64,000 nucleotides of DNA from Trichoplax sp. H2 (lineage: Eukaryota). The DNA lies in assembly GCA_003344405.1 (NCBI GenBank), contig NOWV01000031.1, positions 372,001 through 436,000 of the forward strand, given 5' to 3'. The notes under the pieces are model-generated. The model was not told the origin of the DNA. It saw only the letters and a list, made by a program, of their open reading frames with translations, and did no database searches. Below, piece after piece: positions 11,159-24,026 of this stretch (within the stretch, counting starts at the first letter, position 1; the number at the start of each line of letters is the position of its first letter). Both the position numbers and the translations under genes were made by a program.

Positions 11159-14100
11159 TTATGCTGAGGAATCTCTTTCAGCCATCTGATTTAATTTTCC
11201 TCTCATTTCAGAGCTGATTTTCAGTAAGTGATTCATTTGATTCGCCATCATTTCCATGCTGAAATTGAAATGATAATTTAACGTTAATGAACTGATAGTA
11301 ATCTAACGTACAATTTGATTAATCTGTCTGTTTATACTATTAAGATAAGTTATAGCCTTCTACTTTATACATTAAGAATGAAAAATATCCTTAGAATTAA
11401 ATATTATACAGGTAACTTTGTTCATTCATACCCTCTCTCTTGATTGGATACAATTTCTCTCAAATCACGCAATTCGTTTTCTACTGTATTGCTTTCTTCC
11501 ACTTCAGTCACATCTTGGTTTTGGTAGAAATGATTTTGAAGCTAGAAAGGGTACAATTTAAATTTCTGAGTAATTTTATAAAGCTCTATATCAATCACTA
11601 TAACATATCCTATATTTCAAAACTAATCATATCCAATCTAGTTTAAGATACTATCAAGCCATCCTCTACAAACTTATCCATAAATTACGATGGATAAAAG
11701 CAATAACCAATACTAACTCTAGTCAGTAATCCCAGCGCTTTTTTTTCCTCTTTACTGATATAAAATTTCTTCATCAGCACGTATGGTAGTGCATTTTCAA
11801 CTTGATCTATGAATTGCACTTGAATTTTCAAACGACTAAGAACGGCATTTCTTTCAATTTTATCGATATCGCCTACGGCTAAACCAACCTATGGCACAAC
11901 GGTATAATTAATCTGATTAATGAATGACTGCTAAATGAGTACCAAACTCCGGTGGTAGATTGATTATGGCATAGTAGCAAAATATCAGTAGTAGTCATCA
12001 AAACATGATTCATCTATTCTGCATTTTATTTACCATAAGATTCATGGCTGCGATAGGCATGACCACCGCGACGATAATCAAAAAGACAAAGGCAAGAATA
12101 TTAAAGGGATACATGGTTAGATGTCCATTAACTGGGTTAAAGAAGACTTCTATATAATCTAATTCTCCCAGCATCATATCGAAAACTTTGAGGAAAGAAT
12201 ATGGTGCGGTTTTGAAAGGATTCTGTTATGATTGTCAGAAAAAAACATATCTCTTAGCAGCTTATTAACAAAGATTAAATCATTCTTATAGAAATGTAAC
12301 TTCAAACATTTATTTACCAGATGGCCCAGGATAATATGAAAGCTGAGTCCAAATGCGACTATTAGGAATATCAACATCACTCCCACCTAGCGATCATGGA
12401 TGCAAATAGAATCATTAGAAGAATCAGTCTTTAAAAAAATCATCACTTAAACAATGTCCAATTTACGCGCGGTCAATGATGGTTTGCAATCGATGAAATA
12501 GAGTCATGGCAATATCCATGTATCATTAACCTACCTTAGCAATGGTAAACAAGACCGATTGCAGCATAGCCACATAGATACCGAAGGTAGGTAATCTAGA
12601 TTGATTAAAATGGTTTGTCAGCATAATTCAATTTAATGGCTATTATTATACTAGTCGGTATAGCTACGCGACATTAGGGTTACTATTCCACTCAAAATTC
12701 AGCCAATAATTTAGATCTATAAGCCTTATAGCTATTTCTCTAATGGTTATTATTATAAAAATAGATACATTCCATTTAAAATCCAGTCAACACTTGGACC
12801 TGTATGCTTTATAGCTACGGTAGCTGCGGTATCTATTTTCCCGAGATAGAATACTAGTGGTAGTTTATCGTAACAACTCATTCTACTTTATACCTAGAAT
12901 GACTAAAAATGTAAGTCTAAAAGACTTTTACTACATCATCGGGAATATCTTGGGGAAGGTTGAAAATGAAGGGATTCAAGATGCTCCCCATTTACAGTTA
13001 TATTATCGTAAAAATAGTAATAAAAGCTGACGTTAATATTGTCGACCAATTCGGTATGGATTAAAACAAATTATAGTAGTGTTATTATAGAATAGAAGAC
13101 TCAAGCTATGCAATCAAGTAGGATCAAATATCTTACCTTTTAAGATAGACTATTAGATTGCACCAAGTTAGGCAAACATTGATGCTGCCTATAGCCCACT
13201 GAGTAACGTCAGGATCTCCTCCAGGTGGAACAGAAAACGTGATGGCGGTTATGTACATAAATAATTCAATGTAATTGGAATAGGATAGGAAGTAGGATAA
13301 CCTCTGCCAAGAAAAGAAAAGAGAAGACAATCAGTAACAACATTTTTCGATATATTGTCGTTTACTGCAGAAAAACCTAATCGATAGCATTAAACTGGAT
13401 GTGAGAGCACTGGTAAAGTGATGGTCGATAAATTACTTTTAAAGATACCTGGCGCAACATTTGGGCAACTTCTGTCAGTAAATTGACGGAAGTAAAGATG
13501 AGGATGATCAGCTGAGCAACGAAAAGATCTGGTCTTGAAGTCTAAAATAGTATTTGAAGATGGCGTGATTAACAGATGTTCAAAAGGCAATCCTTTTCGT
13601 TATTTAATTAAGCAGAGCAATAGTCTTAAATCCTTGTCAATATCGCTTAAAGAAGTAAACTTACAATTGTAAAATAATATTCTGTAAAGGTCTCATTTCC
13701 GATCGTATATGTATATGGAGTGAAACCAGTACCAGCAAGATCATTAGTGCTAGACGAGCTTATAGAAGTAAGATATGTAACGATATTGCCCTCTGGACGC
13801 AAAGCGATAATGTAATAGGTTAAAGCACCCACGAATAAGAGGTAAAGAATCAGATTGCTAAAATAAATTGGGATGCCGAATGTGCGCCTGCAGGTTTGAA
13901 TAAAATCAAAAATAAAGAATAAATTTAAGGTGCGTGAATAAAAGTTTTTAAGATGCTATTTTAAATGGTTAAAATCAACAATTTTATCATGTTTAAGTAT
14001 AAATAAATTATCAACATACGATATTACATTACTGTATTATCATTTAGCTTAAGTCTGCTAAGAGCATTAAAATAGAAACTTTTTAAGTGGTTAAAATCAA

Positions 14101-17100
14101 CCGTTTTAGAATGGTCATACCTAAATCGATTATCAAAATACGATATTACATTATTATTATTCAGTTTTAGCATGCTTAGAGTACTGGAATAGACATTATG
14201 CATTATTACCATTTCACTTTAGTATACTTAGAGTACTGGAATAGAACTAAGATAAGCATATCACAGAATTTCTTATATACCATTTAGCATCAAGTAGTGC
14301 CTGGGATAGTTCATGAAGCAGTAATCCTGTTCTTTTATGTTCAATCATAGTCTATTAATCATAATAGATATACAAATAAGGCTTAAAATTGTACATAATA
14401 TAATAGCTTCTGATTATAAAATCGATTCTATCGATAAGCCCACTACCAAAAGAAACGATTATCTATCCGGATTGTTACCATTAATGCGTTACATCTCCAA
14501 TTATCTTTAGAGCTCTTTTTTAAATGCCTTTCGACGCTTGGTCCTGGATCCAATAAAGAGTAATCATACACAATCTAGTGAAATGAAAAAGAAAGTTGCT
14601 AAGAAAATGCATTCGATATGGGTATGATTGATGGGTTTAGTAGGTATTTCCATTTCTCATCTTTATAGGTAAATTTCAATCAGATGCTTTTAAAGCATAG
14701 TATCCATTCTAAATTGAAACGAAATCATAACTACACGGATGAATTATACTGGTTGTAGCCCAGGACTACATAATTATTCATAAATGTAAATAATCAACGC
14801 CAAATAGTGACTTAATTTGTGAATATAATATTGAGTAAGTGTAAATTAAACATCAAGTCGTGTCTATCTCTCCAAAAATTATGTACTAACACAATATCAT
14901 GCTCAACGAATCGTGCCCAAATGTCGGTAATTTTTATTTCTCTTCGATTGATTTAAAGTAGATTTTTTAAAATAGATCATTTTGATAAAACTTTGAAATA
15001 TACTTCAGCAATTTTCTCAATTAAAAGTAGTATTTCTATATGCTAACTCCATCGAAAAGTAATGATAAGTGTCTATGGTGATACTTTAATTAGCAAAATT
15101 TCAGTTACGTAATAGTTCTATTTCTAACATAAACTTGAGAGAAGAAAATTATAGTCTGTTGATAAGATTTTAAGTCAATATATCGACTATGAATTAAAAG
15201 ATACCAACCGTTTTATCCATACTTCCACTTGCACTCCTTGCAATAGATAAATCCATTACAACCTAACCCCAAAAGGATAGTTAACATGGAACACAAATGT
15301 GGTAATACTAAGAGAAATCCTCTAAACGGTACAAAATTTCACCTTTGCAACCACTGGCAGTTTCTCTATCAAATTTTGCATGACAGAGTAACCTTTGCTA
15401 TCAATTCTATTTAAAATTTCTCCACTCCTAATGAAATAAACCAATAACATCATTAATAGCGAAAAAGAGTTTTCAATATTTAAAACGGTTTAAAAAAATT
15501 AAAGGGATTATGGCTGTTGGATCTTTAGAATAGCGGTTGACGCATTATTCTACAATTTTGCTAGATAAAGCAATACACTACCTTTTATGCTTGACAATTA
15601 ATAGCGCAGCTTCTTCATTTTCGCCTTCAATAGCGAGATCTAAGCAGGTTTTAGCTTCAATAGTAGCCAATGTTATATCGCTACCACTTTCAAGTAACAT
15701 TTTTACGACAGCGCTCGATCCTTGACTGGCTGATAAATGCAAAGGTGTTTCCTAAATAATATCAACAAGATTATAATTACTAATGATTCATCATTTTAAG
15801 CATAGTAGCTGATTCTGGAAAGATACGATAGTTAAATTTTACGATAAGCATGATGTTAAAATTAAAGAAAGCTATTAGGAAATTTCGATCTTTTACAAGA
15901 TAGAAATCAAGTATTGCGTAGCTCATTCTACAACTTTTTATCTTTTAAAGCTATTACCAAGCGAGAATTGATTCGATTTACATCAGCTCCATTTTGCAGC
16001 AGCAATTTTCCTACTTGTGCAAAACCTTTCGATGCAGCATATTCTAATGGGGTCATGTAGCTGCCATCTCTACAATCAAGATCATAGAAGTGATGATAGT
16101 TTTACAAGAATGGATCATATCTAACTGCAATATTTAAAATTTTAAAATTGTATACTATCTCGCGATCGGTATTTCTGATTCAATAAAGTCGTTGAACTTA
16201 ATCACCTTTTCTCAACATCTGCACCATACTTTAACAGCATTGCCGTTACTTCTACTGAATTATTAATTACAGCAAAATGCAATGGAGTTCTTGATTTCTC
16301 CCCCAAAGAATTGACTGCTGATAGAGAAGTTTCACATAAATATTTAGCGATAAGTAGATCGCCTTTCCTGTAAAAAAAGATGAGAGCTAATTCAGAATTA
16401 TTTTATTCAACAGCAGATACCAGCTGGACATTAAATTTTTGTTTATTGCATCATTCTAAATGAACATCAAATTCTACATTTATGAAGACAGAATATTATA
16501 TCAGATATTATCCGCATCGATACTATCTGAACAGCTCAAAAAAAGTCCAAATTGAAATGTTAATAGGATTTAATTTGGAAATAATGCCTATTTTATACTG
16601 ATGCTAAATAACTTACGCGCAAGCTAGATGAAGTGGTATATCATCATCATCGTCATGACTATCCACAATTGCTCCATTACTGACTAAAACCTCAACAATC
16701 TAATAAAGTAAATGCGTAGATAGAAACAAGAGTTTTAGAAATTCTAGTTTTTGAAGTAGTAAAGAGATAGATATAGTTTCTGGTAAAATAAACGTTAAGC
16801 ACTCTCTTAACCTGATGACTTCCACTCTCCACTGCATAATGTAAAGGTGTTTTCTCAAAATTGTCCGATGAATTTAGAAATTTACCAGCTGGTGTCTACA
16901 AATTTATAATGCAAATTACTTAGGTTATAACTAGATTCAATAAAAGTGATAATATAAACTACAAGTAAAATTATTTCAATACTGAGTAATCAATAAGTCG
17001 ATTTATAACTTATTGCGCTTATCAATAGATTCAATACGAATGATCTGATAACTTAGTTTATTATTCTAATTATTTTAATATTGAATAATCAATAAGTCCA

Positions 17101-20100
17101 TGTATAACTTACTCTTATTAAATGTTGAATTAATTGTAAGTGACCATTTTGGACAGCAAGATGGAGACAACTTCGTTGTACTTCATCAACGGAAGAAATA
17201 TTTGCATTACGTTGGAGTAAGTAGTCGATTACCGCAATATGGCCTTTAGCTGCTGCACATAGTAAAGGTGTCTTTTTTGTATGATCGACTGCATTAATAT
17301 CAGAACCCTATCAGATAATAATTATAATTATAATTTTAGTTCATTCTATGGCTTAGCTTGCCCTCATTCCTAATCATGACCTAAGCCTATCACTACGAGG
17401 ATACCCAACTCTTTTCTTAAATTATGCTCTGTTTACAAATTAATCATTCCGAGATATGTAGTCAGGTAAGTATGAACATTCTTCAAGATTTTTGCATCAA
17501 TGCTGCACGATTACTAATTTTGTTTAAAAGCAACGTCCAAATCAAAATCAAAGTAGTCTTCCTAATCTAGCCAAAGTAGAAATATATCTAATCACAATTA
17601 CATCTATACAAATATTTCAGATAGTCACTTATGGTGGATAATCGATAGGTAAAATGAGAACAATTTTTTAAAATGATGAATGATACAAGACCACATTAGC
17701 CGTCATTTAAGCCAAAACGGGAGATAAATATCTGCTTATAATGTGTTTGTACGAGTATACAAGTACTTCTAGATAATCACTTATTGTGGATGACAGATAG
17801 GTAAAATGAGAATATATTTTAGTGTGATGGGCGGATCAAGGCAACTCTAGCCTTCGTCTTAATAGGAGAAAGTGAATTTTGTAGTACTTACTAATTCGAT
17901 GAGCAATTCCATGATAGGTAAGTGGCCGTATAAACTAGCTAGAAAAAACGGTGTTCGATACTGATAGTTGTGGATGTTTACTGCAGCTCCTTGATCGACC
18001 AGCAATTTGGTAGCCTCATAGTAGCCATTAGCCGCTGTAATATGCAAAGCTGACCAGCCATCTTTCTATACCATCACAACAAGATATGAACAAAGATATT
18101 ATTGTAAGACTAAGAAGTGAATGAAATAATTTTAACTATGACTGTTATATGGTAATCATTATCGTAGGAAACGTAAATAACATTTGTATTTACGAAAAGT
18201 GAATAAGGGATGATTCAAGTACTATAACAAAGGAAACCATCATTTTCTATCAATATTCTTACTTGTACGGAGTTGATATTGGTTCCATTATCTAAGCATA
18301 TCTCCATAGCCTAGTAGCAAATAGGATAATTAAGTTATTGATCATTCTATAATTTTGATATACAAAATGCGGACATTTTATATATGCTAACAATATTTAA
18401 ATAATCCAGGATACAGCTAATAAACTAAGACTGCTGTTAAATTTATTTCCTATAAAGGATTAATTATTTCTCTCATCACCTTCGCATGCCCGCCCTGAGC
18501 CGCACGATGGAATGGAAATTGCTTTTCGTTGTCTTCACAGATTAGAAGATCAACAGCCGACAATCCAAAGCTGGACGCAATTTGTAAAAATAATTTTAGA
18601 ACTTGAGAATGACCTTTGGATGCTGCGCTATGGATTGGCGTACTACCATCAATTGCTTGGGCTAACAAGTTGCTTTTATGTTTGAGCTGTAAGAACGTGT
18701 AAGATATTAATAAAGTGTCATTTAATTAGCCTTACAATATAGCACCATAATAGAAGATAGATTTATATAATTTAATCCATGCAAGAAAATCTTTCGTTTA
18801 AACTTCAAATTCAAAATGTTTTATTGCTAAATAATACTGCTAAGATAACGATGTGACTGAATTCAAAACAGAAATCTACGCTAAGAAGTAGAACAATAGC
18901 TACTTTTATATCTATGCTATAATCAAGCTCAATAGCTTACAAGATGTTGGCAGACTTCAAGTCTTCCTCTCATGGCGGCCTGATGCAATGGAGTATTCAA
19001 ATCATCATCCATAACGTTGACTTCAAGTAAGTTGTGTTCAGTAATATACTAATATCAGTGATATAATTTAGACAAGTTGAGCAATCTTTCAATATTGCCA
19101 ATATAATACAATATCACCACAAAATTAAATTATTTAAATTATCATTGCAAGAGAAGCGATAATGATATACATTAGAAATCTTTCAGAAGAGTTGAAATTC
19201 AATTTATCACCTACCTTACAAATCTTTAAATGGCCCAATTTGCTAGCTTCATGAAGTACTGTGTTACCTTGATCATCGACTAATTTAAAGTCAGCACCTG
19301 CTTCATGCAAGACTTCAAAACTAGCCAAGCTGTTATATTTAGCGGCCATAAATAAAGGAGTATTTCCATCATAACCTCGAATATTAGCATCTAGTGGTAG
19401 CATATACAAATGCAAAATGCCATATTAATTAGTAAAATTGGCATAGGTAAATATGTGAAGCTATTCTTTCGGAGTTAAAGGTGTGATTTATATTTTTTTA
19501 ACGTTACATATCTTATAGTTTATGTTCATAAATTGTACGGACTTTTAAAGGAGAGAAGATGGAGTAATGTTATGTACCTGCACCATGAGAGACTAACGTC
19601 TTAACTACATCGACGCGATTACCACGGGCTGCATAGTGCAAGGGTGCCATCTGATGTTCATCTAAGTTATTGCAAGCATTTTTTTCATCGGAAAGTGTAT
19701 TGAAATGATTTTCTACTGCAGCGACATCACCAAATTTTGCAGCCTGGGTACGATCATGTCGTTAATGAAACAATAATAATAAAAAGCAATCAATATTAAC
19801 CTCTAATTCCCCCAAAAAGTGAACTATTATAATGCTAGACTTACTACATGGAATAGCACATGCACGGTCGAAATAGCGTCGTGCACGTCAAATTATTTGA
19901 TCAGTAAGCGATAAAAAATTAATTGACTATCGCAGGGCTAAGACCTATACCGTACGAACTATTAGTTACTGAATACTAGCTCCGTCCTATCGAGTTCTAT
20001 CGTTTTGACTCGACAAAGATTATCATTATCCTTGGATATACTTACCCAAAAGAGATCTTTAAAATATTCAGTTTCCGATCGTCTAACGGTAGTAACTTGA

Positions 20101-20839
20101 TTCTAGACGAAAAATTAAAAAAATTGTTATACCAAAGAACATTTTAGTTTATAAATAACTTCCAGTTTTGCTGCTTATTAGGTATCAGTACCTAAATTTT
20201 ATCATTTGATGACTAATTTCAAATGCAAAGTGAGCAAAATTACAGTAATTATTTATGCTATAAAGTATTATGAAGTATTATTGTAAGTAGATACATTTTG
20301 TATGCGTTAAAGGAGGAAGTATTATTTAGAAAAATTTACATAAATTTTAGTGATTTCATCAATTCAGTATATTATTGTATCTATATTTTAATAACACGCA
20401 GTACTGTTCGATGCTAACAGTAAATAGTCTTTTGGAATCCGTACTGGAATCAATAATAAAACACTATAACTTTTAAGTAATATCTCGAATAATTTCAAAA
20501 TAAGATGTAGCCAGATAAGATAAGATCTACATTTAATCGCAATTAACGCTACCAATCTTATCGTCCTTCGTTATATAATTTAATGTTAGCATGAAAGTAT
20601 AACAAAAGATATAATGAACCATTTACAAACAAAACACTGTCCTTAGCAGCGTACCGTCAAGGTTTTATCGCCTATTTTATCGCCTATTTTATAACGTTAT
20701 AGCAAATCCATCTGTTCACTGCATTTATGATTAGTAAAAATTCAAAATTATCATAAAAAAGTCTATATTTATTTACCATGTCTTTCATGTCAATCTCAAG
20801 GACTGGCTGCACAGTCAACCATCTGTGCATTCGATTCAT
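11159..20839 (-). CDS. TRPA1: TRPA1-like ankyrin-repeat cation channel, copy A (~27 exons, ~17 ankyrin repeats, 6 TM, C-terminal coiled coil)
   Basis: The first exon reads MNRMHRWLTVQPVLEIDMKDM (ATG 20839). Ankyrin exons include APLHYAARGN, TPLFMAAKYN, TPLHQAAMRG, TPIHSAASKG, TPLHYAVESG and TPLEYAASKG. Pre-S1 reads LLLHELSQALLDAKW, the pore KVFDMMLGELDY and the S6/TRP-like region PIAAMNLMVGLAVGDIDKIERNAVLSRLKIQV (human TRPA1: MMLGDINY, PIVLMNLLIGLAVGDI). Stop TAA at 11159-11161. The exons I read are open with GT-AG junctions. Confidence 0.9.
13960..14250. repeat. Short tandem duplications inside a copy-A intron
   Basis: TGGTTAAAATCAAC...ATTATCAA.ATACGATATTACATTA repeats with ~120-bp spacing, and CTTAGAGTACTGGAATAGA occurs twice. 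Confidence 0.75.
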
Positions 20840-21322
20840 TATGCTAATATTCAGTCTTTAAATTCCGTTAAAGTAAGCTGTAGAAGTACTTATGAATAAT
20901 TTTCAAGAATTGAATCTAATAGCGAGTTCAATTTTATCGCTCAATTTTGCTTTGAGTCAGAGTAGCCTAATACGCAGGAAGAAAAATCGATTCTGAATAA
21001 CATCTTGTTTGATTTGAGTTTATTATACATTGAGTATTGCTCCAGGGCTTAAGATATTAACAATATAACGAATAATAGTCAATTCAATCTTTAAAGCAAT
21101 CCTGCTGCTATTTTTGGTGTGACAATTTTCGATTATACGTAAAATTGAGGCAAATATAAACAGACAATGCCACCTGCTTGAATATAGTTACGTCAGAACT
21201 TACGTCTAGTGTAAAGATATTAGACATGGAATAGATCTTGAATGTACCTATTGTAAAATGTCATAGTCCCGATTAGCATAATAATATTCTTTCGCTTTGT
21301 CATCATGATGAATATTAATGCT

Positions 21323-21347
21323 ATTACTTAGCAACAACGTGACGTCA
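21323..21347 (-). promoter_or_regulatory. RFX X-box-like motif plus adjacent CRE palindrome upstream of TRPA copy A
   Basis: ATTACTTAGCAAC at 21323-21335 (GTTGCTAAGTAAT on the gene strand), 484 bp from the ATG. TGACGTCA at 21340-21347. The X-box-like motif sits at the equivalent position in copies C and D. Confidence 0.5.
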
Positions 21348-23184
21348 TTCAATAATGAACTTATTAGCATCTTTAGAACTGACTGAATATGGGAATGCTC
21401 ATAATGGGAACCAGTTCATTAGCAATCTATGAAGATGATAAGATTACCTATGCTGCAATCAGATAAACAGCGCTTCTAAACAGATTATAATATCAAGAAA
21501 TAGGTCCTGTATGATTCAGTGATCCATAAATGTAAAGGTAGTATACAAGTTTAGCCTTATCTTACAGCAATTGTATAGCAGTATAAGCTTCAAAGAAACT
21601 CTACCTATTAATTAGTTGTTACAGAATATGTTATACAGAATATATTCTATTTCTCTATCGATTAACTAATTGCTGTACCTGGCACAGCATAACCTGATTG
21701 TTTATTTTCATATAATCCAGGTAAAGTAAATTAAACTCTAAATGGGGTAATCGTTTCTACCTCATCTATTACTGATGACGAAAATCTAACTTTATGTTTA
21801 TTCACTTAAGATTGATATATTACTTGCTTAGAAGAAGTATCCTTTAGTGGGAAAAGGTATCTAAATGGTAGTGAAGCGATATTTTGAAATAGGATGGAGT
21901 CACTTCAATTTCGTGTTCGTAACAAAAGTCTTATTACCTATGATATGAACTTTAAATACATCATTAGCTTAGATTCAAATCTCATCGACTATAAAATGTA
22001 CCTTAAGATCGAAATTAATATTTTCATCCTACTCATATGTAAAAGATAAATGTAAATCTAAAGTAATACATTATTATAGATAAACCACTCTGCTTTATAC
22101 ATGTAGTAAGCTTAAATTTGAACCCTATCGACTTTAAAAAATAACATAAGATCAAAGTTTAAGTTTCCATCCACTTCTATATGGGAGATAAACATAAGTC
22201 CAAAGTTACACCTTACTGTTAACAAATTACTCTGCTTTATATACTGATGGTTCGAGTATTCCAAAAATAGATTTTAAAGAGGTTGAGACACAAGGTCAGA
22301 ATTCAAAACAAAATATGATCAATAATGTGTGTTCTCATTATAATATCATATTTGTTTTTAAATAGAACAGATCGCAATAGTTACGACCTAACTAAATCAA
22401 TACTACAGAACTTCACATTGTCTATCATATCCTATCTATCTATTGCATTTATTGTAAAGAATTCATAAATAATATAAATTATACCTGTTGCCATATTAAT
22501 GTAGTCATTACAACGAGAGAGAGAGCATCAGGTAGTTGCATAGAAAAGGTAGCACTATTGCATGGCAAGATAATCAGATTTAAGTATGACTGACATTCAA
22601 AATATTCATAGACGATCTAATAGGGATTATTAGGCTAGACATAGTCAACGCCTAATCATTTTCGAGCTACAAAATCAGTCTATATCTAGGAATATCATGC
22701 CATAATGGATAGAATATAGTAAGACTTGTTTTCGCGATAGTCCTAACTGTATATATTTTTAAGGATCGGTTCACTATTCAAGGTTGACGATCTTGCGGAA
22801 TGCTAATCTGTATGGCACCATGATTGTACTAACGTTTATTTATTATTGATTATTTAATTTTATTCAAATCTATCAGAATATAGGGTTTGGTGGTGATAAA
22901 CCAACGTCGCGAGTAGTCCGATCACATAAAGGAAAACAAACGATCTATTCAATAATGCTCTATATTTGACTTTTAAAATCCCTTGTACTTTTTAAATGAT
23001 AGCTCGGGGGTAATTAACGCAATACATAGATCTTCATGGTTCCAATTTTCCTTTATTTTATACCAGAATAAGCTACATCATTAAAAGAATAGAATTGTTT
23101 CGGACGTTTATAATAGAATAAAATGCGATAATGAAATCTTTTATCCTTAAAGTTAATATAACATTTAGTATCTTAATTATTTCT

Positions 23185-23592
23185 TGTCACGGTACGAACT
23201 ACCGTGAAGAAATAGCTATCTAAATTAGGTTAATATAATATAGTGATATTATATTACAACTAGTTACTTACAATAGGAATGACTCTAATTATAAATGTGT
23301 TACAGTAAATTTAATGCTGTGCTGTAATGTGTACTGAAATGATTCTGTGAATGGACATATTGTAGTCCGACTGTGAAAAACTAGTTAGTAGATGTTCTCA
23401 CCCAAGTATTTTTATAAGATGACTTGTGAATGTTAGCTGCTGTAGAAGGGTATATAAACCCGTCAGATAGTTGAGTTTAACGTAGAATCGAAGGCGTCTA
23501 AATTCTTGTGAGTAGGGATACTGAATCTCGGAGACTATAGTAATTTAGAGATTTGTTTTACGTTATCCTTGTCACGAAGCTGATTTGTGACA
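23185..23592 (+). mobile_element. Solo LTR (408 bp) with perfect 5-bp TSD
   Basis: TGTCAC...GTGACA inverted termini, TTTCT on both flanks and TATA-like GTATATAAAC at ~23450. Both ends are clearly homologous to 45679-46245. Confidence 0.85.
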
Positions 23593-24026
23593 TTTCTACA
23601 GTCCTTGGTTATATAAGAAAAGCAATTATAGCAATGATTATTATCACTAAATTATCTTCGGTCATTATTTTATGAGTGCAATTCCCCAAACTATCTTTCT
23701 TCTGCTAACTTTGTAAATACTTGCTTCCGCTGGCTTTGATGCCAACGTGAATTATACCATTCCTTAATCCTGCTCGCATTATTAGAAAGACTAATCTTGA
23801 TGAAGCAGCTTCTCTTGTTCTGCTCCACTTTATTGATGCAAAATATTTCTCTGAGCACAATGGATAATATACTATGTAATACTGTAATCAATTCCTTATA
23901 GAACGATTATTCTTGAAATCGAATAGTTATCTGTAATAATTGAATACCTAACTAGGAAATATCAGGGTGTGATTAATTAATTTATTAGAAAGTCATTCGA
24001 ATATGAATTATGAATTGGTTATACGA

